37,103 nt of DNA, taken from IMG/VR virus record IMGVR_UViG_3300009372_000131. The stretch is one strand, 5' to 3'. The translations under genes and the position numbers were made by a program. The stretch is from a virus. Position 1 is the first letter of the stretch; each line of letters opens with the position of its first letter. The notes beneath the pieces are model-generated. The model ran no database searches. It saw nothing but the letters and a program-made list of their open reading frames with translations, and was not told the origin of the DNA. Of this stretch, positions 9,865-18,437 are shown piece by piece.

Positions 9865-12800
9865 TCGATGCCTAGAATGTTAGAGGGGAGGGGCGAGTCG
9901 TTCTCAATACTGATCGTCAGGTCTTTTGCATTGCCTATTGCGCTGAATCTCTCGCGCCCACTACGCAGACCTATGTCCCCGCCTAGTACATTTGAAGTGA
10001 ACTGCTGTACTGTGGCAGCACGGTACTTAGGCTGCACACTGAGCTTGAAATAACCAGTCTCATCGAACAAGACAGTAGCGTGTCGCAGGTAATACTCTGC
10101 TGTTGCTACGATACCCTTGCGCCCCTGACGCCCTGAGTTCTCCTTGAGATTGATCTCAGAGAATTCGTATTTCATTGCATACTGTTCGCCTAGCCACAGA
10201 GGAGTCGTTGTCCAATCCCCGCGCAGCACAATGGTGTTTGTAGTCTTTGACTCTTGAGGTACAACTACGCCTCCAACCCTTGTGTAAGGTTCAGCAAGAT
10301 CGTTCTTAACGAGTTGAGCTCCCCAGACAGTTATCGACCTGATGGCAGTGCCTGAAGTAGGGCGCAAACTTATGCGTGCGCGATCAACCACATTAGCACC
10401 AGAAGGTGCGTAATAAGTGAGCGTTGCAGACACTCTCCACCAGTCACCATCTTGCAGGCTCGAGGTGATGCTTGACGCGCTATAGGCACCAAGCGGGCCC
10501 TGTGAGACTGAGGAGTCGTAGGTCACCAGGCCAGTCGATGTGTCTAAGGCGAAAGCTATCTGCTCCCAGGGGGAGACTGACGCGGGGTAGAGATCGAGCA
10601 CAAAGTGCATTGTGTCTTCTACCTGATCTTTCTTGACGAATATCGACCAGGTATAACTGTCGCCCACAACTGGAGCAATAGGATTAGCGCCCCCGCCAAC
10701 CGTTTGGGACAGGTCATGCGTTGAATCACCTAAGCCTGTCAGCGTGTCAGCAGTCAGTTCACCATCTGGGGCTGTGTGGGTGTTACGGCTAATGCTTATA
10801 TCCGCGCCACCACCAGGATTCAGCGTTGAACTGACCCAACCCCCGCCCTCGAATGCCTCAGTTCCACCCAGGAGGTTGAAGGGATCGTTTTTGCCATTCA
10901 GCGTGCGAGTGACAACCTGATACTCGGCGCTGTTGTCCAAATCGTAGGGAAGCGTCAGCGTTGTTTCATGATCGTCAGCAGAGTATGCGACAGAAGTCAA
11001 GTCTGCTTCAGTGATACGCCTATCTAGCGCTATCCTGTAGGTGCTGTCTGTGTCAGATTGCCCGCTTCCAAATGTGATTGATTCAAGAAAGAGCCCTTCT
11101 GTGCGCTTGACCGTGAGGTAGAGCACCTCTTCGATAAAGCCGGCCCCTATGATTTCTGAACCTGCTCCAAGCACAAACCGCTGCCAAGCTGATTGCAAGC
11201 GCTCACGGCCCTGCTGCAAGAACGAGAGCACATAGATCGCATTGGTGTCAGTTGTGCTTGTAGCGGCAAGTATAGACTCAGTCGTTGATCCTGTCAGCGC
11301 ACTGATAGCACCTGGCATGTATTGAGGGATGTGCTGCGTGGAGTCAATGATATTGACCTGGGTCCCATCTGTTGAGTTTGGGAACATCTCAAGTATGCGG
11401 CCAAACCCGTCCGTGCCGAATGGGAAGAAGATGCTGCTGCCTACCAGCACACCACCTACATCTGCGCTGTTCTCATACTCGGCGGCTGTGACAATGGTTG
11501 CCGTAGAGGGGGTGATCACAGACTGAGGTATTACAAACTGTGTCCTGTCACTGAACAAGTACAGCCGCTCGTTGAATGGGATTGCGTGATTCAGGAGCGA
11601 CACGCGGGTGTGCCCAACACCCAGATCTACAGGTTCAGAATCAGGCAGCGTGAGCACAGTGGTGCGCCAGAAATTCCCATAGAGTCCCGTCTCGCTCATG
11701 ATCACATTCTGATCAGCAAGGAATCCAAGACGATTTCCGTGGAAGAAGATGCCTTTTATCTGCTTCCCGACAAAGCTAGGGCTGGGGTTTGTTTCAGCGC
11801 TACCCGCGACGCGGTCTGTCCATTCAAAACTCGCGTATGACTCTGGGTTAGTTCCCGCTGCGAAGTAAGGATCACCCTCATTGAGTGCGCTGGGAAATGT
11901 ATCTGTTGCAATCTTACGCACCAGGACCAGCGGCATAGTCAGCGTGTCTAGCCCTTGTTCAATTCCAGGCTCAGGGGCCTCCTCCCAAACGCCAGGTCCG
12001 AAACTGCCTGTAACCTCAGCCGCAAACTTCAGGAAATAGTCATCCTGATTACTGGACTGGTCACCGTTGATACGGATGACATGACCGTCTTGGCAATTGA
12101 GCGGGAGGTCTGAGATCGAGCTGACGCTCTGCCAAACCCTTTTCAGGTAGGTGCTGCCTACTGAGTCCTCTACTTCAAGGAGGTCAATTGTCTCACCACT
12201 GGCAGGCTCAATCTTGACCGTTGATCCAATCGAAGACGCTGTCCAGTTAGTCAGTGCGCTGATTTCTGTTGCCAGCCTTGTCGCCAGGTCTGTGGTCTTT
12301 AATGATTGCTCCTCAGTAATCGTATCGTCTACAATCGTTCCCAGACTCCAGCTGCCCCCTGTTGGAGCCGCATCAATAGTAAAGCGCTGGTCAAGCCCAG
12401 GGTGATCGCATGTTATGTCGACCGCACCATTATGGTATTCAGCAGTGACACCCTGCACTGCACTGATGTTAGATGCCAATTGTATTTCGAATGGCCCTGT
12501 GGAGTAACTCAGACTCCAAGTGGTGCCCAGCACTGAACCAGACCAGGTGCCAACGGCAGTTACAATAGAGCTGATCCGCATGACCTCCTTTAAATTACCA
12601 GAAGTGTTATCTCCATCCCATGTGCTGAGTGATACCAGTTCGGGGGCTGCATCAGCAGAAGACTGCAGCCTCACCTTGTAGTCAACTTCATAAGCTGACT
12701 GCTGTACGAACAGGAACGCTGCTTCTTGCGCGTCAGGGTTTGTCTGCGTGTTGAGCTCAACAGTCTTGCTGCCGTTCGCTATGAAGGTGTAGTCAGCTAC

Positions 12801-13178
12801 AGTCACCGCATTGAAATCAGAGACAGGGTCAGCGCTTGCCAGGTACGCTAGATCTGCAGCGTCTGCTAGATTGCCGCTCGAGTCATACACACCTAACTCC
12901 ACACCAGTAGTCAGGTCGAAGACATTAAGCGCCTTGTCCCGCATGATCACCGCGTAGCGCTCGCCTACACCGCGGTCAATGATATGGACCTTTGCCAACC
13001 CCAGAGTTCCATCAATGATCTTAGCAATGTGCTCAGTGTGCGGTCGCTTGGTCAGGCCTTCAACAACTGAAGCTAAGGCATTGTCGGATACAGCGCACTG
13101 GTTGGGGAATCTGACAGATGTCGGTTGCTGACTCACTCCACCTAGAAGGCTAGGGACTGAGCTGGCAATGAGCGTCAT
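9819..13178 (-). CDS. Tail tubular protein B (gp12-like), enlarged to 1119 aa with an inserted lectin-like module
   Basis: The N-terminus SLLGGVSQQPTSVRFPNQ...EGLTKRP matches T7 gp12 (NLKGGISQQPDILRYPDQ...EGLQKRP). About 325 aa longer than T7 gp12. Confidence 0.9.
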   Translation of the reverse strand: MTLIASSVPSLLGGVSQQPTSVRFPNQCAVSDNALASVVEGLTKRPHTEHIAKIIDGTLGLAKVHIIDRGVGERYAVIMRDKALNVFDLTTGVELGVYDSSGNLADAADLAYLASADPVSDFNAVTVADYTFIANGSKTVELNTQTNPDAQEAAFLFVQQSAYEVDYKVRLQSSADAAPELVSLSTWDGDNTSGNLKEVMRISSIVTAVGTWSGSVLGTTWSLSYSTGPFEIQLASNISAVQGVTAEYHNGAVDITCDHPGLDQRFTIDAAPTGGSWSLGTIVDDTITEEQSLKTTDLATRLATEISALTNWTASSIGSTVKIEPASGETIDLLEVEDSVGSTYLKRVWQSVSSISDLPLNCQDGHVIRINGDQSSNQDDYFLKFAAEVTGSFGPGVWEEAPEPGIEQGLDTLTMPLVLVRKIATDTFPSALNEGDPYFAAGTNPESYASFEWTDRVAGSAETNPSPSFVGKQIKGIFFHGNRLGFLADQNVIMSETGLYGNFWRTTVLTLPDSEPVDLGVGHTRVSLLNHAIPFNERLYLFSDRTQFVIPQSVITPSTATIVTAAEYENSADVGGVLVGSSIFFPFGTDGFGRILEMFPNSTDGTQVNIIDSTQHIPQYMPGAISALTGSTTESILAATSTTDTNAIYVLSFLQQGRERLQSAWQRFVLGAGSEIIGAGFIEEVLYLTVKRTEGLFLESITFGSGQSDTDSTYRIALDRRITEADLTSVAYSADDHETTLTLPYDLDNSAEYQVVTRTLNGKNDPFNLLGGTEAFEGGGWVSSTLNPGGGADISISRNTHTAPDGELTADTLTGLGDSTHDLSQTVGGGANPIAPVVGDSYTWSIFVKKDQVEDTMHFVLDLYPASVSPWEQIAFALDTSTGLVTYDSSVSQGPLGAYSASSITSSLQDGDWWRVSATLTYYAPSGANVVDRARISLRPTSGTAIRSITVWGAQLVKNDLAEPYTRVGGVVVPQESKTTNTIVLRGDWTTTPLWLGEQYAMKYEFSEINLKENSGRQGRKGIVATAEYYLRHATVLFDETGYFKLSVQPKYRAATVQQFTSNVLGGDIGLRSGRERFSAIGNAKDLTISIENDSPLPSNILGIEWTARYNSKSARYAI

Positions 13179-13777
13179 CTAGATGTCACTCCACTCAATG
13201 GCCCGCGGAAGATCGTCTTAGCTACATCAGGTGCCTGAAGCATCGTGTAATCACCTGTGTCACCCTCGAATTCTCGCAGAGACACTAGAGCAGTGTACTC
13301 ATCGCGACTTGCGTAGGCATTCTGAGCTTGCGATCCGATCACTCTGTCTTGCAGGATTCTTCCAGCTCTGACTGTGATGTACCTGGCAGCAGGCTCTGGT
13401 AGGTCATCCCAAGCCCTGTGGTAGATAGCGTCTATTTTGATAGGTGTGGTGAATGTGTAGGTATGTTCTTTCAGGTCATACAAACGATTACCGCGTAGGA
13501 CGATGTCCATCGCTGAATGATTGCCTGCCTTCACATCGAGACGCACAATCGTAGTAGGGACAAAGATATCACCATTAGAATCGAAGGCCAGCTCAACATC
13601 CTGCTCTGTGTTGTAGTGCCAACCCATGCTGTCCACTTCTATATGGACCTCGTCAAGCACATTCTGAGCCATGATCACAGCGGGTACTGCAGCTTCTGCG
13701 TCAAGACTCGACACAGGCATCTCTCCTAATATGGAGAGCATCTGATTGAGCGCTGTGAGTTTGCTTGTGATTGCCAT
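13175..13777 (-). CDS. Tail tubular protein A (gp11-like)
   Basis: 200 aa. LNQMLSILGEMPVSSLD resembles T7 gp11 VNDILASIGEPPVSTLE. ATGA-type overlap with gp12. Confidence 0.85.
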   Translation of the reverse strand: MAITSKLTALNQMLSILGEMPVSSLDAEAAVPAVIMAQNVLDEVHIEVDSMGWHYNTEQDVELAFDSNGDIFVPTTIVRLDVKAGNHSAMDIVLRGNRLYDLKEHTYTFTTPIKIDAIYHRAWDDLPEPAARYITVRAGRILQDRVIGSQAQNAYASRDEYTALVSLREFEGDTGDYTMLQAPDVAKTIFRGPLSGVTSR

Positions 13778-13789
13778 GTTCAGAGTGGA

Positions 13790-13832
13790 TAAAAAAGAGG
13801 GGGACCACTGACCCGAAGATCAGCAGCCCCCC
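13790..13832 (-). terminator. Intrinsic terminator after the major capsid gene (analogue of T7 Tphi)
   Basis: The minus-strand RNA GGGGGGCUGCUGAUC-UUCG-GGUCAGUGGUCCCCC forms a 15-bp stem (with G-U pairs) closed by a C(UUCG)G tetraloop, followed by UCUUUUUUA. Confidence 0.8.
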
Positions 13833-13865
13833 AGGAGGAGAGAACTACAAGGAGTCCTACTCAGT

Positions 13866-14876
13866 TTAAGTGAACGCAACTTTGTTGAGTTCGATAGCGC
13901 AGTTCGCACGCAGGTAATGGTGGCCCACGCAGAACTTTGCAACAAGAAGAGTACCGAGGTTCTGCGGGATGTAATCAGCAGACACGGTCAAGTCTCGGAG
14001 CATGGCCGTTCCTACTGCCTGCTCATGGAAGACATAACCAGCAGTATCACCTGATACAGACGCATTGTAGTTGGTGTTCGTTCCAGTTTCCTGCCCGGTG
14101 CCGCCAGTGGTGGTTATGTGGTTAGACATGATCACCTTGATGCCTGCAATAGTGATCGGAGCGTTGCCGCCCTGAGTCACGCTTGCCATGCCACCGATCC
14201 GCGAGTCAACGGGGTTACCCCCTGCCGTAGGAGCAACTTGGAGCAAGTTGTAATACATCGCAGGAGTAACGATTGCCCAACGGCGGCCATCACTCGAATC
14301 AGGCACATTCATCGTGTCGAGCTTCTCAGCCGAATCGAAGAGCGCTGCAATCAGGGTAGCCCCATCGGTCAGCATACTGGAATGAGTCACCTGTTTGTCA
14401 GTGTTAGCAGTCAGTCCACCAAACTCACCAGCAACAGTTTCGGCTGCTCGAGCGCAAAGACCAACAGTCTTGATGACTTGTTGGTCAAATTTGGTGCTTA
14501 ATGCAAACCCCAGCTGGCGGCTATATTCCTGCCTTTCGCTCCAGTGGTTCTTCAGTTCCTGAATCTCAGGCACGAATGCACTTGAGGTCAAGATCGAGTC
14601 CATCGTGATGACGCGCTCGTTGTGCGGAATCTCGCTGAGATAAGTGCCGGCCAGCAAATTTTCGCCTTCAGAATGATACGAACTGGATGCCCGTCCCACA
14701 GCGGGGAAAGTTACGGACTTGCCTTGCGAGACCTGCTTTACCATGTGACGCTCTCGCATCACACTTGCTTCTTCAAAACTGGACAGGACCTCATTTCCGA
14801 AGACCTTGACAAAGAGGTCATCTGTTGTCCCCCCGACTGCGGTGCCTGGAGTGGTTAATCTTGTAATGTCAGTCAT
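13866..14876 (-). CDS. Major capsid protein (gp10-like)
   Basis: 336 aa. DDLFVKVFGNEVLSSFEEASVMRERHMV...GKSVTFP and NERVITMDSIL...YSRQLG parallel T7 gp10 (LALFLKVFGGEVLTAF...SRHMV...GKSAQFP; EKVITIDGLL...YTSQLG). AGGAG lies 7 nt upstream of the ATG. Confidence 0.95.
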   Translation of the reverse strand: MTDITRLTTPGTAVGGTTDDLFVKVFGNEVLSSFEEASVMRERHMVKQVSQGKSVTFPAVGRASSSYHSEGENLLAGTYLSEIPHNERVITMDSILTSSAFVPEIQELKNHWSERQEYSRQLGFALSTKFDQQVIKTVGLCARAAETVAGEFGGLTANTDKQVTHSSMLTDGATLIAALFDSAEKLDTMNVPDSSDGRRWAIVTPAMYYNLLQVAPTAGGNPVDSRIGGMASVTQGGNAPITIAGIKVIMSNHITTTGGTGQETGTNTNYNASVSGDTAGYVFHEQAVGTAMLRDLTVSADYIPQNLGTLLVAKFCVGHHYLRANCAIELNKVAFT

Positions 14877-14995
14877 TGCTGACTCCTGGTGCTATTGCAC
14901 CCCTGTGTGTGTAAATGAAAAGGACAGTTACCTTCTTCACTTGCGCCACAGGTTGCCCACCCGTAGATGGACCTGCCGTCAATGTAGACGGTGTT

Positions 14996-15280
14996 CTATT
15001 GCTCGACTTTAGCCGCTTGCTTTTTGCGGCGTGCGCTGCCGAATAGCGCTGTTGCTGCCCCGCCTGCAAGCAGTGCTGCTAGGGGGGAGATGCCATTCAA
15101 TGCTGAAGAGATCAGCGTGCCTAGACCATCAGCGTTGTCTGCGATGCTGTCGCCTACAGTTGTAGAAACGAGCTCACCTGTTGCCTGGTCAGCCACAGTC
15201 ACGGTTGTGCCTAGAAAGGGATCAAGCACAGAGCAACTGACGAATGCTAGGCATGCGATGACAATGAGGCTACTTCGCAC
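14996..15280 (-). CDS. Small lipoprotein-signal protein with a C-terminal transmembrane anchor (u-spanin-like topology)
   Basis: 94 aa, GTG start. N-terminal MRSSLIVIACLAFVSC with a lipobox-like FVSC. C-terminal hydrophobic ISPLAALLAGGAATALFG followed by RRKKQ. Confidence 0.45.
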   Translation of the reverse strand: MRSSLIVIACLAFVSCSVLDPFLGTTVTVADQATGELVSTTVGDSIADNADGLGTLISSALNGISPLAALLAGGAATALFGSARRKKQAAKVEQ

Positions 15281-15482
15281 GCTTCACCATTCCACGCGCA
15301 ACTGCGTAAGCGCCCATCGCTACACCCATGGAGACAATTGCCGCCATTTGCAGCTGCATGGGGTAGGACCCTGTGCAGATAGTTGTGACCAGAGTCAGCA
15401 TACCAGCGAGGGCGAGACCCTCAGAACTGGTGAGCAGGCTCCCAGTAGAAATCGGGCCGATTGTCAGAGGTTCTTTTTCCAT
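15270..15482 (-). CDS. Small two-TM membrane protein (class II holin/pinholin-like size and topology)
   Basis: ATG at 15482, 4 nt after the scaffold stop. 70 aa, MEKEPLTIGP..., with hydrophobic segments GLALAGMLTLVTTICTG and MAAIVSMGVAMGAYAVA and a basic C-terminus RGMVKRAK. The track ORF 15270..15608 extends further upstream into the scaffold gene. Confidence 0.5.
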   Translation of the reverse strand: MEKEPLTIGPISTGSLLTSSEGLALAGMLTLVTTICTGSYPMQLQMAAIVSMGVAMGAYAVARGMVKRAK

Positions 15483-15486
15483 GTGT

Positions 15487-16248
15487 TCACCCAAAGATGT
15501 TAGTGACTGCCAGTCGCCTTTCCACTTCCTTGCGGTAGGCTTCTGATGTTCTGTAGCGAGGATCCCGCATGGCTGCAGTGACCTGGCTGCGGTCCTCGAA
15601 TGGTGCAACCCCAGGGAACTGGGGCGCTTGCCCTGTGATCATTTCAGGATGGGCTGCAGTTGCCTGCTTGTATTGAGCATAGAGGCCCCTGATTGCCATC
15701 AGAGCCGCTGGAGCATCTCCTTGATCAACGACTCTGTTGTGCGCTTCCTGATCGGCCTGACTCATGGTCTTGCCTGCCCACTCCATCATTTGACTGTAAT
15801 TCTCCTCGCCGCCTACAGACTCATAGACCTCCCGCTCCTGTCCTTTGATGATGGCATCGAGGCCAGCCATGTATGTTTTGATCATGGGCTCAGGGATACC
15901 CAGATCTGTGATCGTCTTGAGCTGATCAGCGCTCACCTCACCAGTTTCCGTATAGGAAGCAGCAGCCTGATCCCAGAAGCCTTCAGGCACCAGAGAGTCC
16001 TCTGTAGGCGCTGTGGCCGGCGCAGGCTCTGGAGCGGGCTGTGCGCCCATCTTAGCCTCAAGCGCTGTGTACGCCTCAGCCAGGGCCTCTGCGCTCTGGA
16101 ACTTCTCTGGAAGCCACTCAGGGCGCTCTTCTGTGGCCCCATCAGCCGGCGCTGCCTCAAGGGACTCGAGATCTTGTTTACTGAAAGGCTCAACCTCTGC
16201 TGGGATCGGTGCCTGGAAAGTGTGTTGGCTATCTAGTGGGCTATCCAT
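15487..16248 (-). CDS. Scaffolding protein (gp9-like)
   Basis: 253 aa, acidic and Ala/Glu/Pro-rich, between portal and capsid. Confidence 0.7.
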   Translation of the reverse strand: MDSPLDSQHTFQAPIPAEVEPFSKQDLESLEAAPADGATEERPEWLPEKFQSAEALAEAYTALEAKMGAQPAPEPAPATAPTEDSLVPEGFWDQAAASYTETGEVSADQLKTITDLGIPEPMIKTYMAGLDAIIKGQEREVYESVGGEENYSQMMEWAGKTMSQADQEAHNRVVDQGDAPAALMAIRGLYAQYKQATAAHPEMITGQAPQFPGVAPFEDRSQVTAAMRDPRYRTSEAYRKEVERRLAVTNIFG

Positions 16249-17776
16249 TTTCGTCTGCCGGCGGTTGTAGTTGCGCCGAAATCTCCTCCTTGAAGTTACT
16301 CATGACGCTGGGACCGAGTTGCCCCGTGAGTTGTTGCTGCTGCGCTGCCTGGTCCATTTGGGATACCTCCTCCTCGTTTCGTACCAGGCCAGCAGCATTG
16401 ATTGAGAGTGCAGCTGCAGACCTGCGTAGGTATTCAGGCACTTGTATGTAGCGATCTACTGCCTGAGGCCCAAGTGTCTGTGCGGCGTTTTGCACGAACA
16501 TGGCGAGGCGCTGAAGGTCTGCCTGCCTGCCAAGGTTAGGGAGCCCTGTGATCACCTGTGCCTTGACAAGGTTAGGAGGCAGCGAGGGCATCTTGCCTGC
16601 TTGAGACATGCGCGAGAGCAGTATCTTGACGATAGGTTGCATCAGCTCCTGCGCTAGATTCGAGTACACCCCGCCTAGCGTCTCCTCAAGTTGCTGCGCT
16701 ACAAGCTCAACCTCGCGTGCTGTCGTTCTTTCGCTGTCTCGGATGAGGCCAGCAGTCAGCATGAAAGCCTGCGCGAGTCTTTCTTCAGCAGAGCGCAAGA
16801 CCTGGTAAGCAATCTGCAGGTCGTTCTGCTTCGCTGTCTGGAGGACACTCACATCTCCAGCGTTGCCTTCAATGATCGCACCATTCTGCGCCTTACTCAG
16901 CGCCCGAGCTCGAGTTGTGCCTGTGCCCGAGACAAGGAATATTGTGCGTGCGCTGATAGCAGCAGCCTCTGTCACGCTTTGCGAGATTGACTCAGCTACG
17001 CGCAGGTCACCTAGATGCTCCTCGCATAGGGATCTGCCCATTGACTCAGCACTGTTAGCTCTGATGAAGCGCAGAGGAATCCAAGGAAGAGTCTCTGCAT
17101 CGTACTCACCCTCTGTGCCAGGGATAGCGTTCCCGTACATCTCTTGGAATGCCATGTACTTGCCGCCCTCTTGCAGTTTCACGCAGGTGTACACAGGGAC
17201 TTCTTTGCGCCCACTCTTGCAATAGGCTTTGAGCTCATCCGTCAGCGCTTCGTAGGCCACATCTTCTTTGATAACCAGAGTCAACAAGGTCCCGTCTGCA
17301 GCACGGTCGCATACATACTGGTTGAGATGGTAGACCTGAGCAGTGCCGCTTGGGCTGAGGTACAGGCAGGAGTTACCTGTGACAATCAGGTGCCTGAGCA
17401 CCTGGAAGAGTTGGATACGGAAGTTGCTTGCATCTACCTCCTGATGCACCTGCTCCTCAATCAGAGCCAGGGCTGAGTCCATCTCACCAAGCAGGTCATC
17501 CATACCTGTAGCCTTAGCCAGTTCGACAGAGTCGTACTGCAGCCTGAAGAATCGCCCACCTGGCGGGAGCAAGGTCATCAGAATGCGGCTTGCCAAATGC
17601 GTGCATCCGCGGGAGCCGGTCGAGTTGTAAGGCTGCGGGAATGTATCTGCACCTGAATGCATCTCGGCAGGCATTACTGACGGTATCGTCAGGCGTGAGC
17701 AATCCCTAGCGCGATCAAGAAAAGGCCGCCGCCGCGTCTCGAGCTTGGCATACATCTTCGCGGCAGTGGTGTGCAT
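16241..17776 (-). CDS. Portal (head-tail connector) protein, gp8-like
   Basis: 511 aa, immediately upstream of the scaffold and capsid genes, with size and position as in T7 gp8. TAATG overlap with the upstream small gene. Confidence 0.9.
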   Translation of the reverse strand: MHTTAAKMYAKLETRRRPFLDRARDCSRLTIPSVMPAEMHSGADTFPQPYNSTGSRGCTHLASRILMTLLPPGGRFFRLQYDSVELAKATGMDDLLGEMDSALALIEEQVHQEVDASNFRIQLFQVLRHLIVTGNSCLYLSPSGTAQVYHLNQYVCDRAADGTLLTLVIKEDVAYEALTDELKAYCKSGRKEVPVYTCVKLQEGGKYMAFQEMYGNAIPGTEGEYDAETLPWIPLRFIRANSAESMGRSLCEEHLGDLRVAESISQSVTEAAAISARTIFLVSGTGTTRARALSKAQNGAIIEGNAGDVSVLQTAKQNDLQIAYQVLRSAEERLAQAFMLTAGLIRDSERTTAREVELVAQQLEETLGGVYSNLAQELMQPIVKILLSRMSQAGKMPSLPPNLVKAQVITGLPNLGRQADLQRLAMFVQNAAQTLGPQAVDRYIQVPEYLRRSAAALSINAAGLVRNEEEVSQMDQAAQQQQLTGQLGPSVMSNFKEEISAQLQPPADENG

Positions 17777-17946
17777 TAATAGTTCAATTGAGGGATTCGA
17801 TACAGAGATGTGCCGCGCCGCGCTGCCTGTGCTTGTGCTGCAGCCTGATCCTTGGGCCTGTTAACGATCTTCGCACTCTTGGCCGGCGCAGGGGGAGCAG
17901 GAGGGGGCGGGGGCGGGAGTTCAGGCATCTTGGGGCTAGAACACAT
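17776..17946 (-). CDS. gp6.7-like small virion protein, proline-rich
   Basis: Internal ATG at 17946 of track ORF 17776..18081. MCSSPKMPELPPPPPPAPPAPAK... compares with the T7 gp6.7 N-terminus MCFSPKIKTPKM. The stop overlaps the portal ATG. Confidence 0.55.
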   Translation of the reverse strand: MCSSPKMPELPPPPPPAPPAPAKSAKIVNRPKDQAAAQAQAARRGTSLYRIPQLNY

Positions 17947-18139
17947 CTTGATCTTCCTGCTGTTGTCGGTGAATGGAATGCAAGTACTCAACTGCTGCAC
18001 GCTGCCCTGCTCGGAACCAGATCTCTCGCGTGCGGTCTTTAAGATCTGGAGGCTGTGCTGGAAACCTTGCGTCAAGCGCATTCAATAACTCAATGCGTAT
18101 CGGGGGCATGGGAATTTCCTTAGACTGGTCCTTCATCAT
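17936..18139 (-). CDS. Hypothetical small protein
   Basis: 67 aa with protein-like composition (IRIELLNALDARFP...REIWFRAGQRAAVEYL). An alternative start at 18109 (MPPIRIELL) is preceded by AAGGAA and avoids overlap with the upstream gene. Confidence 0.5.
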   Translation of the reverse strand: MMKDQSKEIPMPPIRIELLNALDARFPAQPPDLKDRTREIWFRAGQRAAVEYLHSIHRQQQEDQDVF

Positions 18140-18437
18140 TCTCCTCGCGTGTGATCGCTATGATTACCAGGTAGTTCAGCGCGTCAATTATGGTGTCATG
18201 CATGCGTTCGCCAGTCACTACTGGGTCACGCTGTAACAGGTTCGCCATCCGACTGATCTTGTCGCACAGGCGTATGAATGTTGCTTGGTCAGTGGGGCAC
18301 ACACCTAGAATCGCAGGCAGTTCAAAGTTGCTGAAGGGTGCGCCAGTTCTTGCATAGTCTGAGTTCTTCTTGATAAAGATCTCAAGCGCTTCAGCGCATA
18401 GGGCCTGATGCCTCTCCTTGATTTTCATGGTGTCCAC
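18120..18437 (-). CDS. DUF1599-like all-alpha protein (MazG-like/nucleotide-modification-associated family)
   Basis: 105 aa. KKNSDY...FSNF...FIRLCDKISRMANL...MHDTIIDALNYLVI fits the KNxDY...R.xDKxxR...DxxxDxxNY pattern I recall for DUF1599. Confidence 0.45.
   Translation of the reverse strand: MDTMKIKERHQALCAEALEIFIKKNSDYARTGAPFSNFELPAILGVCPTDQATFIRLCDKISRMANLLQRDPVVTGERMHDTIIDALNYLVIIAITREENDEGPV

Noticed and set aside
13866-14876. T7 10A/10B-style -1 frameshift extension of the capsid protein
   Set aside because: The stop is followed within 33 nt by the terminator hairpin, so there is no extended alternate frame downstream.
14877-14995. TATAGGGA-type phage promoter upstream of the capsid gene
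   Set aside because: The gap is the obvious place for a strong late promoter, but no sequence resembling the 32890-32912 candidate is present. The phage promoter consensus therefore remains undefined from sequence alone.
17776-18081. Full 101-aa ORF upstream of the portal gene
   Set aside because: The N-terminal 45 residues overlap a more protein-like 67-aa ORF in another frame and look like noise. The internal Met giving MCSSPK... matches the T7 gp6.7 N-terminus.
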